From Octopus bimaculoides (lineage: Eukaryota): 64,000 bases of DNA. The notes beneath the pieces are model-generated. The model was not told the DNA's origin. It made no database searches and worked only from the letters and a program-made list of their open reading frames with translations. The stretch spans positions 30,023,492 to 30,087,491 of the forward strand of contig NC_068992.1 in assembly GCF_001194135.2 (NCBI RefSeq). The letters run 5' to 3'. Each line of letters opens with the position of its first letter. The stretch's first letter is position 1. Position numbers and translations under genes: made by a program. This document shows, in pieces, positions 39,313 through 52,135 of the stretch.

Positions 39313-41428
39313 AATATTACGGAATATATTTCAATAAGAACAATGTAACAATTTTCAGTGGTATAAAAATTCTATTTATTTCAATTTCTCTCCAATTTGT
39401 AGCGTACGAAGCAAAGGAATGCATTACACTTTTTTCCCTTTTACTGACTTCCTCATGAAAGCGATAACCCATCATCGTTCTGGTTATTTTTTTAACATTT
39501 CGCACTGCAATTGAACTTCTCAATTAATTTTATTGGCAATTTTTTTTTATTGAATCCGACAAATATCAGTTTCGTGTTTCAGGATTTTCCTCTAGTTTTG
39601 TAGAGACGTTAATTTTACAAAATCTTTATATTATTTATGAATACTTGTGACTCCCCACTACACAAACACGCACACACACACACGCGCGCACACACATGCT
39701 CACACGCACATATACACACACATACTACTTCCTGAATTATTAGGTTATATTTCCTGTAACATACCGGGTCATTGAGTTAACCTTTTAAGACCACGCTTGG
39801 TCTGTTAAAATTAGCTGACAAATCTCATTCACACCATATCCTAACAACAACGTCTTTCAAGAATTATGATATATTAGATAAAGTAAACAAAACCATAGGA
39901 TGGCCGGGGACTAAGATTCTTTGATCATGCGTCTGCCTAATCAGGGCAAAGCAGAGGTTAATCAAAACGTCTACAATGTTTGAAGGATCTAAAAATTTTG
40001 TAACGATTACAGTTTAGAGTTAAAGTAAATATAAAAATGAAACACGTATAGAATATTAAAGCTGGAAGTATCTAAATTACCTATACTACTGAACTTAAGA
40101 ATGTTTTCAGCATCTAATAAATTGATTTTGATTATATATAGTTTCGATAACTAACTATATACATAAATAAGTGAATATAAACAAACGGATGATAATAGCC
40201 ATTAGAAAACCAGACTCTAAGACACCAAACAAAATTTGGCATAACAAAAGGAAAATGAATTAGCAAAAACGAAATGAGATTGTAAACTACGTCTAGTACG
40301 ATAAACACTGATGAAGTTATAAGCTGTAGTCCAATGTAACGGAGTTGGGGAGCGGCAACTACTCTGAATTCTGTGTATGGTGTGAGGATATATATATATA
40401 ATAATATATTCGAAGACAAAACAAACTACAACGACGCAAAAATAGTTGCTATCAACAAACACAGGAGAGAAAATATATTAAGGGAATAGATACATTAGAT
40501 GCACAACTAAGAAAACAATATACAAGTTAGGAAATGGAAAACGAATAATGACAATATTATTAATATTACTTTTATAATTGAGAAATTGAAAAATTCTGTC
40601 TTTGCGTCGCAAGTATATATATAAGAGTAAAGACCAGTTACCTTATTTTATACATGAATAAATTCAAACTTTACTTTGTCAAGCATATTCGTGTTTGAGT
40701 CACACTTGAATTGAAAAGATAAAAGGTAAAATTTTTAAATACTGACACTTGGAATTGAGATATTTACTTCATACCAAATCAGACTCAACTCCTTTTATGA
40801 TGTTTTCAGTAAACAAACAATAAAACAAAACAAAAACCGCAAATTAAGAAAAGTGTTTCTTGAGCAATTTTCTTTTTTAACTGATACGTTCATCAATTTT
40901 CGCATCACATCTGAAACGTTTCTATATTATGTATAGATAGTTGAAAAATGTAGATTATCCAATCAACCGGTTACGAACAAGCGTCACCTCCTGCTGCTTC
41001 TAATATATATTCTTAATGTAGAACATTTGACGCCCGAAGAAAAACGAATATATAAAGATGCGATGAATAAAGCGTGGTACTGTCATATTCAATGATTACA
41101 GCGTGTATGTATTGAGTATTTATCCTTGCACAACTTATTAAAAGCGCATGATGCGTACACATATCTCCATACGCACGAATACAAACACATACATAGAAAG
41201 ATATGCACAAGCATATGTAGACAAATAGTTTACACCATTGCTGAGTAGTCAGGTCTGCTGCTGATAAAAAGGATAGTTTAAAATCTAAACTGTGAGGCTG
41301 ATATCAATTTAAGGCGGTACTTGCAATTATCACGAAATAAATACTCATAAATCATAAACAGCTACATAATACACAATCTTATACTATTTCATATATATAT
41401 ATATATATANNNNNNNNNNNNNNNTATA

Positions 41429-44330
41429 CTAGATAACGTACTCGGTAATTCCTGGAAAAGTGGGGCTTATCCCTTGGTTCTGTTTTCATTATTGTTTCGC
41501 TAATCCAATAACAACAATACAAAGTATGTAACAAATAAAACGGTTTCTGTGCATTTACAGAGAATACCGAATTGTCTTACATAGGGTCTTGTTTTAGGAA
41601 ATCCCAAAAAGTTATGAATAACTAAATCGTGAAGTCAGTTACGTAATAACAGGCTAATCGGATATGAGATACTAACAACTCAAAGTAAATAACTCTGAAA
41701 GGGCTTTTGTGCGTTCCCAGAGAATAAAACCATTAGGGGCACAAGTGTTGAAATAGATTTACAATGAATGTTGAAATAGGCTTTTAGTTTTCAGTAGACG
41801 TACAAATAAATTTGCATATAGTTTTAACATAAAATGTGTAGATTATCAATACATTTAAAACACTTACAAATATTACACTTAGATAATTAATACTTGATGG
41901 CTTGGGGAATCTTATTAAGTTTGCAGATCTTCTTGATAAACAACATTTTTGATTTTTCCTTGTGGGGCATAAATAAACAAATGATTAGGATTGCCGACTC
42001 TTGAGCATCCCACATAAATTTGGCCATGCGAGAAAACTGGTTCCGCAAGGTTTAGACTTACAGCATCCAAGGGCTGTCCCTGGGCCTTGTTAAGGCTCAT
42101 TATAAAGCTCAGTTTCAACGTGAATTGCAGTCGCATATCCGAAGGAGTAAGTGGAATCCTAGGAATGAATACTGGATCATCGATTTACCAATCAAAATTT
42201 CTGTTTCCAAGACTGTTGGCATCATCTTGTTTATTATAAACCGTATGGCATTGCAAAGCTTCGGTGGATAGAAGTTTCGAAGCAGCATAACTGGTGCCCA
42301 ACCTTGAGGTGGAAGATGTGAGGTGGGAGGCCGGGTGGTGTTTGACTATTCAAGAATTCAGTTGGATAATTCACAGCTCTATCGATGTTGAGTATATTGT
42401 TCATGGAATTGTAGATGTGACGCCCACCTGGAAACTGTTCCAGAAGCTTGATGTTCAAATCATCAACTGCCATATTCTTGGGAGCTAAAATGGCACGGGT
42501 TCTCAGGCAGTTGTGGTCTGTAATCTCATTCCTCAGGTTAGTAAACACCTTAATCTTTAGTTCCTTTAAATCAGATACCATATATCAAAAAGGCAAGCTT
42601 ATCCGGCCATGCTTCTCGCCATGTGGTGTGTCATTACCGACGTCCAACATTTTCTTTGAAAAAGCCTGCATCATCATCACTGAGCTGCAGTCTCATGTTG
42701 GTTGTGAGTCTCAGCTTTTGCACACTGATCCATAGGTAGGACGACTTGATGCTGGCATTTACCTCATCAGCTCTTGCCTCCTTTGGAACGACGGGAATGG
42801 TTTATCTGAAGTCTTCTGCAAGCAAGACTGGCACCTCCCATGAGCCTGGTGTTGTGTTGAGTTCCTGAAGGGCCATGTCAAGTGCTTCAAAGAAAACCTT
42901 ATGGCTCATTGTCGCCTCATCCCAGTGATCAACCTGCATTCACTCAGAAGTCTACATTTTATAGAACCATGATGCTGTAGTTTGCCTTCTCATTCTTGGA
43001 CAGGTCTAAAGAGAGTCTAAAACAGGAATGAGCTGTGCAGCCACACCTTAGCAGAGTTGGAGTTATTCAACTTGACGCCATTGCTATGGCATTTGTTTCA
43101 TTTGATGCAGTTTAGCCAGAAAAAGCTCGATGACAAATGTCTTGCAAGTTCAACCTGGAGCATCCAGAAAGCATCCACTTTCACTTTCAATGATCAAAAT
43201 AATGGTCTTATGAACACCCAGTTGTGTTCGTTATCAGCTATATACACCGTCATTTCCTCGATGTCATAGCTAATTCTTCTCAGGTGCTGAATTGCGAGAG
43301 TGCTGCCTACCCGGTTGAGGCAGACCAAATGTGTCAATGCCTTGACCTCCCATAGCTTGCACTCAGGTGTCCAGATCAAGTAATATCTCATTGTAAAAGG
43401 CGTTATCGAACGTGGCAATTTCTGCTGAAGTGTGCCTTTGAATCCTTTGTAGGATGTCCTCAGCCATGCTGGGTTTGTGGGTCGCCAAAAGCTTGAGAGG
43501 TTCACCCAAGCCACATGTTATCAACATGATAGAAAATAGCTGTCACAGTTGACTAGTGTCTGGTCCCAGTTAGCATCGTCCATATTTGGCGCAGGCTTAT
43601 GTGTAGGTCGTGTAGACTTCCCCATTGTGTCTAGAAAGGCCTGACAATATGCAGCAGTAGACGCAGAAAGAAGCACTCCTGCTGATTAGGGTGCACAGTG
43701 TACAACCGCATGATGAACCCGCTTCTGAAGACTGCATATTTTACCCCAGCTCTCAACGCGTGTTCCTTGCTTGCGGCTGTTTCAGCTATTGTGTGCCCAG
43801 GTATAGTACACGGGAACCTCAACATACAACAGTTTTCGGGAAAACAGATAACATTGGGATAATTTCAAGAAAGCTGTCAAAGAGGTTTCTGGTGGATTCA
43901 GAAATACTTTTCAAGCATTGTCTTCTGTGAAATATACACGCTGGCCATTATTGAGTTGCATGTCTCAATATTAACATGGGTAATGGGTTATAGGGTACGA
44001 TGCAACCTGTTGACAATTTCTATACTTTGTCCATTAACCTTGAACTTGGTAGTGTTTAGGGTGATCAAAGGAAATTGAATGTGTTGTTTCCCTTGACTAG
44101 GAAAACGAATGGATTATTTCCCTTGGCCGTTAAAGGAAAATATGTTGGATATATATGTGAAAACCTTCTAGGGTCCCTAGCCATCCCAATATAGTTTAAT
44201 TAAACTTCAATGAGTCTAGTAACAAATTGGATGTTACATTAACATGTTTTCTAAGTTTCACGAAAATTCGTTAACGGCTGTAGACACAGACAGACATCCA
44301 AACAGACAATTTGAGTTCATAAATTTATAT
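41429..44330 (-). mobile_element. Internally deleted, non-autonomous Helitron with RepHel fragments
   Basis: PIF1-helicase pieces and a Rep-adjacent piece (see pseudogene entry). The 3' end is CTAG|T at 41429 with an upstream hairpin-like gtactcggtaattcctgg. The 5'-type end, AT-rich plus (TGTC)n, lies near 44280-44330. Confidence 0.85.
41915..43825 (-). pseudogene. Helitron RepHel (PIF1-family helicase) pseudogene fragments
   Basis: RLYTVHPNQQECFFLRLLLH; degenerate Walker A DAPG*TCKTF; WDEATMSH; RAILAPKN...YPTEFLNSQTPPGLPPH; motif V/VI LNKAQGQ...FSHGQIYVGCSRV. Multiple stops and frameshifts. Confidence 0.9.
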
Positions 44331-44385
44331 GTATGTATGTATGTATGTATTTATGTGTGGATGGATGGATGTGCAATTCTCAGTG

Positions 44386-44696
44386 GTGGCGCAATGGCCC
44401 AGTGGTTAGGGCAGCGGACTCGTGGTCATAGGATCGCGGTTTCGATTCCCAGATCGGGCGTTGTGAGTGTTTATTGAGCGAAAACACCTAAAGCCCCACG
44501 AGGCTCCGGCAGGGGATGGTGGTGAAACCTGCTGTACTCTTTCACCACAACTTTGTCTCCCTCTTACTTCCTGTTTCTGTTGTGCCTGTAATTCAAAGGG
44601 TCAGCCTTGTCACCCTGTGTCACACTGAATATCCCCGAGAACTACGTTAAGGGTACACGTGTCTGTGGAGTGCTCAGCCACTTTCACGTTAAATTC
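44386..44696 (+). mobile_element. SINE family B (head H1 plus tail T1)
   Basis: tRNA-like A box tggcccagtggttagg and B box ggtttcgattcc; tail ...gagaactacgttaagggtacacgtgtctgtggagtgctcagccac; truncated by a gap. Confidence 0.88.
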
Positions 44697-46146
44697 NNNN
44701 NNNNNNNNNNNNNNNNNNNNNNNNNNNNNNNNNNNNNNNNNNNNNNNNNNNNNNNNNNNNNNNNNNNNNNNNNNNNNNNNNNNNNNNNNNNNNNNNNNNN
44801 NNNNNNNNNNNNNNNNNNNNNNNNNNNNNNNNNNNNNNNNNNNNNNNNNNNNNNNNNNNNNNNNNNNNNNNNNNNNNNNNNNNNNNNNNNNNNNNNNNNN
44901 NNNNNNNNNNNNNNNNNNNNNNNNNNNNNNNNNNNNNNNNNNNNNNNNNNNNNNNNNNNNNNNNNNATATATATATATATATATTCGCTCACAGATAATT
45001 ATAAGAGAAACTTAAAATGATATGCAAATACATATTTACAAGTTAACATAAATCACTTTAAAATTACCTTTGTTTTTTTTTCCTCTTTTGTTTTTAAAAA
45101 TTTCATTCAAAAATCATTCTGTTATTATGTATATTTGTAAAAGAAATTGAAGAAGTAGAAACAAATTGGAACGAACTATTCTTATTTTCAAATCTCTCTT
45201 TCACAATTACTAAATAACTAAATAAAATGTATTTTTCTTTCCGTACAACAGAATGTAACTGGTGGTTTCCTTTGGAAAAGAAACAGAATTGTTTTTATTA
45301 TCCATATTGAAATGCATGTTATTCATGGACCTTTTCACGCTTCGAACTCTCTTCACGATTTTGGTGCTCTGCTGTGCTGTTTCAAAAACATGCGAGACGA
45401 AATAAGATAATTCGACGTTTAGAGGAGTGGCAGTCAATTGGCATTTGCTGAACAAAGTGTCTCTTTATATTTCCAGAAGACACCGTCATTATATGGATCT
45501 CTTAATTGTTTGTTAAGTTAAAGGAATTATAACCAAAAAAACAAATTGTAACATCACAATGTATGCCTTATTGTATCCTCTTTCAGTGTTTCGGAATTTT
45601 GATTAAAAGGTTCTTCATCTGAGACATTGCTTTCATTCATGATAGCAGAGAAAGCGCACCATCATGTTTTAGATTCGATTTTAAATCGTTCCTCTCCATA
45701 CCATTACGGGAATCTAATGAATACTTCATTCTAAAAGTTGAGACATCTCTTAACAATAATAATGTTAGATGTGATATTTTAAGCATTGTTCAAATGTTGA
45801 CAGTAGCTAATTTAACTATCATAGTTAATATGTCATGGAATATGTTTGGTTTGAAAATACTGGTCATGATACAACTAACAATCAAATCTTGGTGTTTCCA
45901 CTTTCCACTTAAACTATCATTGCATATTTGAATCCAAGAAACCCAATCTAAATGAAACTTAAATACATTGTTCAATCATCCGCTCAGAACTTGGCTGCAA
46001 TGTTCTTGCTCATGTCTCAACTTTATCAGAAGTAATTCTTGGATAAACAATAACAGCCACAACAAAATAAGCATAAACAAGAGAATATAATTTGGGACCA
46101 GAAATTTATCATAGTGATTTGATTTCATTTGGAATTTTAAGGCTGT

Positions 46147-46206
46147 AAGTCGGAAGAGTAAAGCAGTAATAAACAAAGTCGGAAGAGTAAAGCAGTAATA
46201 AACAAA
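46147..46206. repeat. 30-bp tandem duplication
   Basis: aagtcggaagagtaaagcagtaataaacaa present twice. Confidence 0.9.
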
Positions 46207-48306
46207 AATAAAAGCAAAGCATCAATAAATAAAAATAAAATGATAACATATCTAATAGCTACATAACAGCCTATGCACCGCTTCGAAATATGTTACGTTG
46301 TTACTAGAATGTTTTTTTATATATTTATATTATTTTTTACATAACATTGTTTGTTTTCGCTTGTTTGCTCCAAATCTCTGGTAACAAAATATACTTGTTC
46401 CCTTAGGCTTTCATTTAACAGAAAGTGAATCGTTTTACATTATTAAAATCTAAACAAGAATCAGTTTGCAAGACGGTATAAAGTATAAAGTAACAACCAT
46501 ATCAAAATACACAACTACAGAACTTACTTTCACATCAATTGTGATTAATGATGCCACATTGTGAAACACTAATTTAAACTGTTATTATTTAAACAACAGC
46601 GTTTATTGATTTAATATAAAATAACATGGAGGAAAAATAAACCTACAAATGGGTAGTTAATCGAAGCACTATGTTTAAACTATGTTTCCAAATTTATAAC
46701 ATTGTTTGTTCTTTTCGAAGGCAACATCGAGACGAAGACCTCATTGATATTGAGTAATATTCTAGAGGTAAAATATGAACTCATATTTGTATTGAAAATT
46801 ATTATTTTCATATTTTGATGAACTAATATCCTAGGAAATGATATTGCTATGAACAGAAATGACACTATATAATATTTAATATTTCAGATTTAAAATATTA
46901 AATATAAGGATATTTCCATGTAACATCCATTCCATAATATAAATAACATGTCAAACAGATATTCATAGAAATAACATATAATAATTTTCTGTTTCAAAAT
47001 AGTTACTTTTGTAATAAAGATTATGCATGAAACACAGTTACATAATATTCATTTAATTTTAGAACTTTAGCTTATTTCTCTTAAGCACTAATCTTCTTAG
47101 GAATCAGCTTAACATTGAATAGTTGTATCAACTCAGAGACAAAAATTATATTTTGGTATTCCATATATGTCCATATTTATTTATTTGGTTTTGTGTTTGG
47201 GGATTCAGAAAGGAAAATAAATGTTTAAAAATTGCAATATTTTGCATTTAAGAGAACCGCAATATCTATAAACGGTTATTCGATTGCAGAAATAAGTGGA
47301 ATAATTATGGTTTGCATGAACACGTTCAGAATCCAAGGAAGGGTCATATAACATCAAATATGTTTATATAATTAAATTTGTCATAAAATATCAGAATTGT
47401 CTCTGGTAAACGAATGCGTGTTAAAAGTTGCTGATATATTAGATATTAATCATTTAAGAAAGAAATAACATGTGAAAAACCAATATAAGATTCAAAATAA
47501 AGAATGAAAATACTGTATAATAAATATAGATTAAGATAACCAACAATGAAATCCATTCGACAACATATTGTAACTATTAACTATACGCCACTAAAATTGA
47601 TTACTGCAAGCTATTCATACATGCAAACATTCAAACTTTGAATCAATGATATATTTTTGTTTCTCAAAATTCAAAGAGAATATAATACAAAAAGCAAATA
47701 GAAAAGCCAAAACCCTAACAATATCATGAAAGGCAAATGCGGTAAGAGACTGATGAAACGATGGCAACAAATATTTAAAAGCCAGCCAGCTTTTGTGATC
47801 GTGTGTTTGGACTCTGTGATAAGCTCACTACATGAGTAAAATGAAATGAATCGAAAATCGATTTGTATCTGTCATACTGTTATTGGATTATGGACGTGCG
47901 GTTGGTGATCTCATTAGCTTTGATATATGAAATCCCTCAATAAATTTCTTTATCTTTTTATCTTTCCCCTTCACTCTTTCTGTCTCATCCATTTCCTTTC
48001 TTTCTATTCATCTCTGTCTATTTCAGATCCTTTACGATATTCTCCAAGCTGAGTATCAATAAAATTCTGAGTTGTGATGAATGATATATTAAATATCAAC
48101 ATGGCATTATTGATAATTGAAGAGAAAATATAGCAAGAAAAGTGTGGGGGAATATATATGTATAAATTTCTGCATTTATTTGTGTATCGGCATCTCTGTA
48201 TAAACGCGCTCATATTTACACACTCTTACATGGAATCACCAACCTGCAAATAAACACACACACACACACGCATACATATAGAAACACACACACAAACACA
48301 CATATA

Positions 48307-48353
<47 letters not shown>

Positions 48354-50246
48354 CAGATATATATGTGTATGTGTGTGTGTACATATGTGGATGCATTCAT
48401 ACATGCACAAACACATATGTATATGTATTCTAATGCATGACCAAAGTGGTCGTTAGAAATTATAGGTGGTTGCTATATATATATCACAATCTCATGAACT
48501 GCTATTAGGCATAGTGCAGTTCAGAGCAAAACTAATGCATTTGGGTATACCGTTATTCAGGTTTGAATCGCTAGGCGTGGGTGACTGTAGCAGTAAATAT
48601 GATGTTAATTTCGGTAGAAGTAATTTTTTATTTAACAGAGAGGCAACGTTGACCTACAAAAATGCAGCAACTTTAGGCTAGAAAAATATTACATGAGTAT
48701 ATGTCTATTGTTCCCGAAAATATAACCTAGTGATGCACTTTGCTGTTTCTGTCATCCTGCTGTATTATAAGGATTTTCGGAAGAAAAAATTGGTTAACAT
48801 ACACGGTCTGTTCTATTGTAAATATTGCGCAGTATGACATTTAATTCAGTGCTATTGAAACTTTGAAAAGAGTGAGCAACATATATCTGTAAGGAAAATA
48901 TATGTGTTTGAGAATGTTTGCATAAATGCATGTAAGTACGTACGTATGTATGTATGTATGTATGTATGTATGTATGTATGTATGTATGTATATATGTACG
49001 AATGTATANNNNNNNNNNNNNNNNNNNNNNNNNNNNNNNNNNNNNNNNNNNNNNNNNNNNNNNNNNNNNNNNNNNNNNNNNNNNNNNNNNNNNNNNNNNN
49101 NNNNNNNNNNNNNNNNNNNNNNNNNNNNNNNNNNNNNNNNNNNNNNNNNNNNNNNNNNNNNNNNNNNNNNNNNNNNNNNNNNNNNNNNNNNNNNNNNNNN
49201 NNNNNNNNNNNNNNNNNNNNNNNNNNNNNNNNNNNNNNNNNNNNNNNNNNNNNNNNNNNNNNNNNNNNNNNNNNNNNNNNNNNNNNNTTTATATATATAT
49301 AAAGTGATGGAGAGAGAGAGAAACAAAGGAATGACAGAGAGAGGAAGAAAAATGAGAGAGAGAGAGAGACATACAGACAGACAGACGGACAGACAGAGGG
49401 AGAGACGTGAACACGAACACGTAGTCAGAATGTGCGATCTTGAGTTTTAATTTATTCGCTGAATTGAACTTCCCAATCAATTGAATTAGCGTATAACTGG
49501 TTGCAAACACCGCAAAAATGTGTGATTAAAGCGTGATTACATATACATCATATGTATAGATAAATATGTGTGTGTGTGTGTATTTGTGCGTAAACGTGTG
49601 GTTGAGCGTACGTGTGCGTGAGTATGTGTGTGTTTGTTTGTGCGTGAGTGTGTGTGCTTGTTTGGGATCTCCTACTTATGTGCAAGTCCACATGTGACTC
49701 CTGAAACGATATCACTGTACAATTGTTTGTAATTTAGTGAACAATAGGAAGACGTGTGCAAAATAAAACACGAGACATGTTGTACACATTGTTATGAATA
49801 CAGCTTTTGACAGCCTTCTTTCGCAGGGTTATTTACAACCGTCTGCATCCGTAATATTATGATATAATATCGAATATAAAGCAGTATTTATTACGCCAAA
49901 TATCTATTCGTATAATATTTATTTCCAATAAGTAACGAAGCATAACCTATCTTTGTTTTACAGAAATGCTTGTCGTTTTTGATAAATATAAAAGATCGTT
50001 TTAAAACATATTTATGCCTAATAATTTTTCAGTTATTAGGCATAAATATATTAGATAGGGAAACACCAATAGTCATATAAGTGAAACGCATTACTTTCTG
50101 TTAGAGAGAAGTACAAAGACTTTTAACCATGTATTGTGTTCAACGCTGTATATCAAGAGGTAATATCTGTAAATCCTGCATTATATATTTTTCAGCACAC
50201 ACACACACACACACACACATACACACACACACACACACACATACAC

Positions 50247-50277
<31 letters not shown>

Positions 50278-50799
50278 AGATATTACATAATCACAAACTA
50301 ATAAGACAATCAAATATTCCTGATATTGCAATAGAAACACATTCACACTATTAGTTAAGTAGACTTAATTAATATATTTGTAGCTTTCTGTGTATGTATG
50401 CATACGTATTATATATATACACACACAGGCACACACATATATATATATATGATAGAAATTTTATGTATACATATATATTTTATGTATATAAATATGTATG
50501 TGTATATGCGTGCACGTATATANNNNNNNNNNNNNNNNNNNNNNNNNNNNNNNNNNNNNNNNNNNNNNNNNNNNNNNNNNNNNNNNNNNNNNNNNNNNNN
50601 NNNNNNNNNNNNNNNNNNNNNNNNNNNNNNNNNNNNNNNNNNNNNNNNNNNNNNNNNNNNNNNNNNNNNNNNNNNNNNNNNNNNNNNNNNNNNNNNNNNN
50701 NNNNNNNNNNNNNNNNNNNNNNNNNNNNNNNNNNNNNNNNNNNNNNNNNNNNNNNNNNNNNNNNNNNNNNNNNNNNNNNNNNNNNNNNNNNNNNNNNNN

Positions 50800-51055
50800 G
50801 CGCAATGGCCCAATGGTTAGAGCACCGTTCGGAGGATCGCAATTTCAATTCTCAGATCGGGCGTTGTGTGTGTTTATTGAGCAAAACACCTAAAGCTCCA
50901 CTGTTTTACTTTTTCGTTCCAACTTTCTCTCATTCTTTCTTTCTGTTACTTGAGTAACACTGCGATGGACTGGCGTCCCATCCAGCTGGGGGGAACACAT
51001 ACGCCATACGAACCGGGAAACCGGGCCCATGAACCTGGCTACGCTTTCATAGAGT
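50800..51055 (+). mobile_element. SINE with head H1 and a different body (T2)
   Basis: Head matches 44388-44498; body carries ctgcgatggactggcgtcccatccag (50960-50985) and gaaaccggg. Confidence 0.8.
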
Positions 51056-51614
51056 GAAAATATATATATATACATTATTGAAAAATACCTTCTCTAGTTA
51101 TATGAAGTCGATAAATTATTATTAAAGTGAAGGTGTGTTTAACAATTAACCTGTACCCCTGATGAGATAAGGGAAATTCAGCAGTATCTTCAATGAAAAT
51201 TTCGCATTTAGAATTAATGCAGACATAGAAGTAGCTTATTTATTATTAATTACGATGATATAAACTATTTACATGTTTTGGGAATACTGAAAAAAATTTG
51301 TCGTAATTGCTTTACGATTATTGTTGAATGCAGTTCGTCATAATATTTTCCCATCATTTATATCCTTGTATTATCCTCATTCTTTTTCATAGTCTGTCAT
51401 AGCACAAACCATATACAGTATATAGTAATTATATATATATACTGAATTTATATATATACCCTTATAGGGCTATTTTTTGCTGGAAATTAATACATTTGTA
51501 TTGAAATATTTTTCATTGATAACTTCTTCACTGTTCTCAGTTCTGTTAACGGCTGGGCGTTCGGGCGAGTATACTTGGCATTGATGTGGCAACATTTGAA
51601 ATAATGTCTAGGTA

Positions 51615-51687
51615 AATGCAGCTGATGAAGACTGATCAGATTTACGTTGTGAAACGTATTTGAAGAGTCTGAAACCGGTCCTGCATT
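51615..51687 (+). ncRNA. Type I hammerhead ribozyme with minimal palindromic stem III
   Basis: Stem I AATGCAG(51615-21)/CTGCATT(51681-87) is a perfect 7 bp. Core CTGATGA at 51622-28. Stem II AGACT/AGTCT is 5 bp, extended by an inner TACGTT/AACGTA hairpin. GAAA at 51671-74, stem III A-CCGG-T, cleavage triplet GUC with predicted cut after 51680. Confidence 0.85.
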
Positions 51688-52077
51688 ATCCTTAATCTGG
51701 GTTGTCCATTTTCGAATGTTCTTCCTACAGGTAAGACAAAAATTTTCATGTTTGCAAAAAGTTTTGCCAGTATTTTTGCCAGTATATACNNNNNNNNNNN
51801 NNNNNNNNNNNNNNNNNNNNNNNNNNNNNNNNNNNNNNNNNNNNNNNNNNNNNNNNNNNNNNNNNNNNNNNNNNNNNNNNNNNNNNNNNNNNNNNNNNNN
51901 NNNNNNNNNNNNNNNNNNNNNNNNNNNNNNNNNNNNNNNNNNNNNNNNNNNNNNNNNNNNNNNNNNNNNNNNNNNNNNNNNNNNNNNNNNNNNNNNNNNN
52001 NNNNNNNNNNNTATATGTACATACTATATGTAAATACATACATATGTATATATGTATATGCATGTGTGTGTACACAA

Positions 52078-52135
<58 letters not shown>

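Noticed and set aside
44386-44460. tRNA gene (likewise the other SINE heads)
   Set aside because: A and B boxes are present but there is no full cloverleaf, and the sequence continues into a SINE body.
45210-45455. 81-aa minus-strand ORF
   Set aside because: No recognisable motif and weak donor sites.
46527-46567. 41-nt minus-strand exon candidate sharing a 14-mer with the 910-1000 exon
   Set aside because: Weak acceptor; the short match is plausible by chance.
51150-51215. CTGATGA...GAAA as a tandem partner of the 51615 ribozyme
   Set aside because: No complement to the upstream stem I strand and no sequence similarity to 51615-51687.
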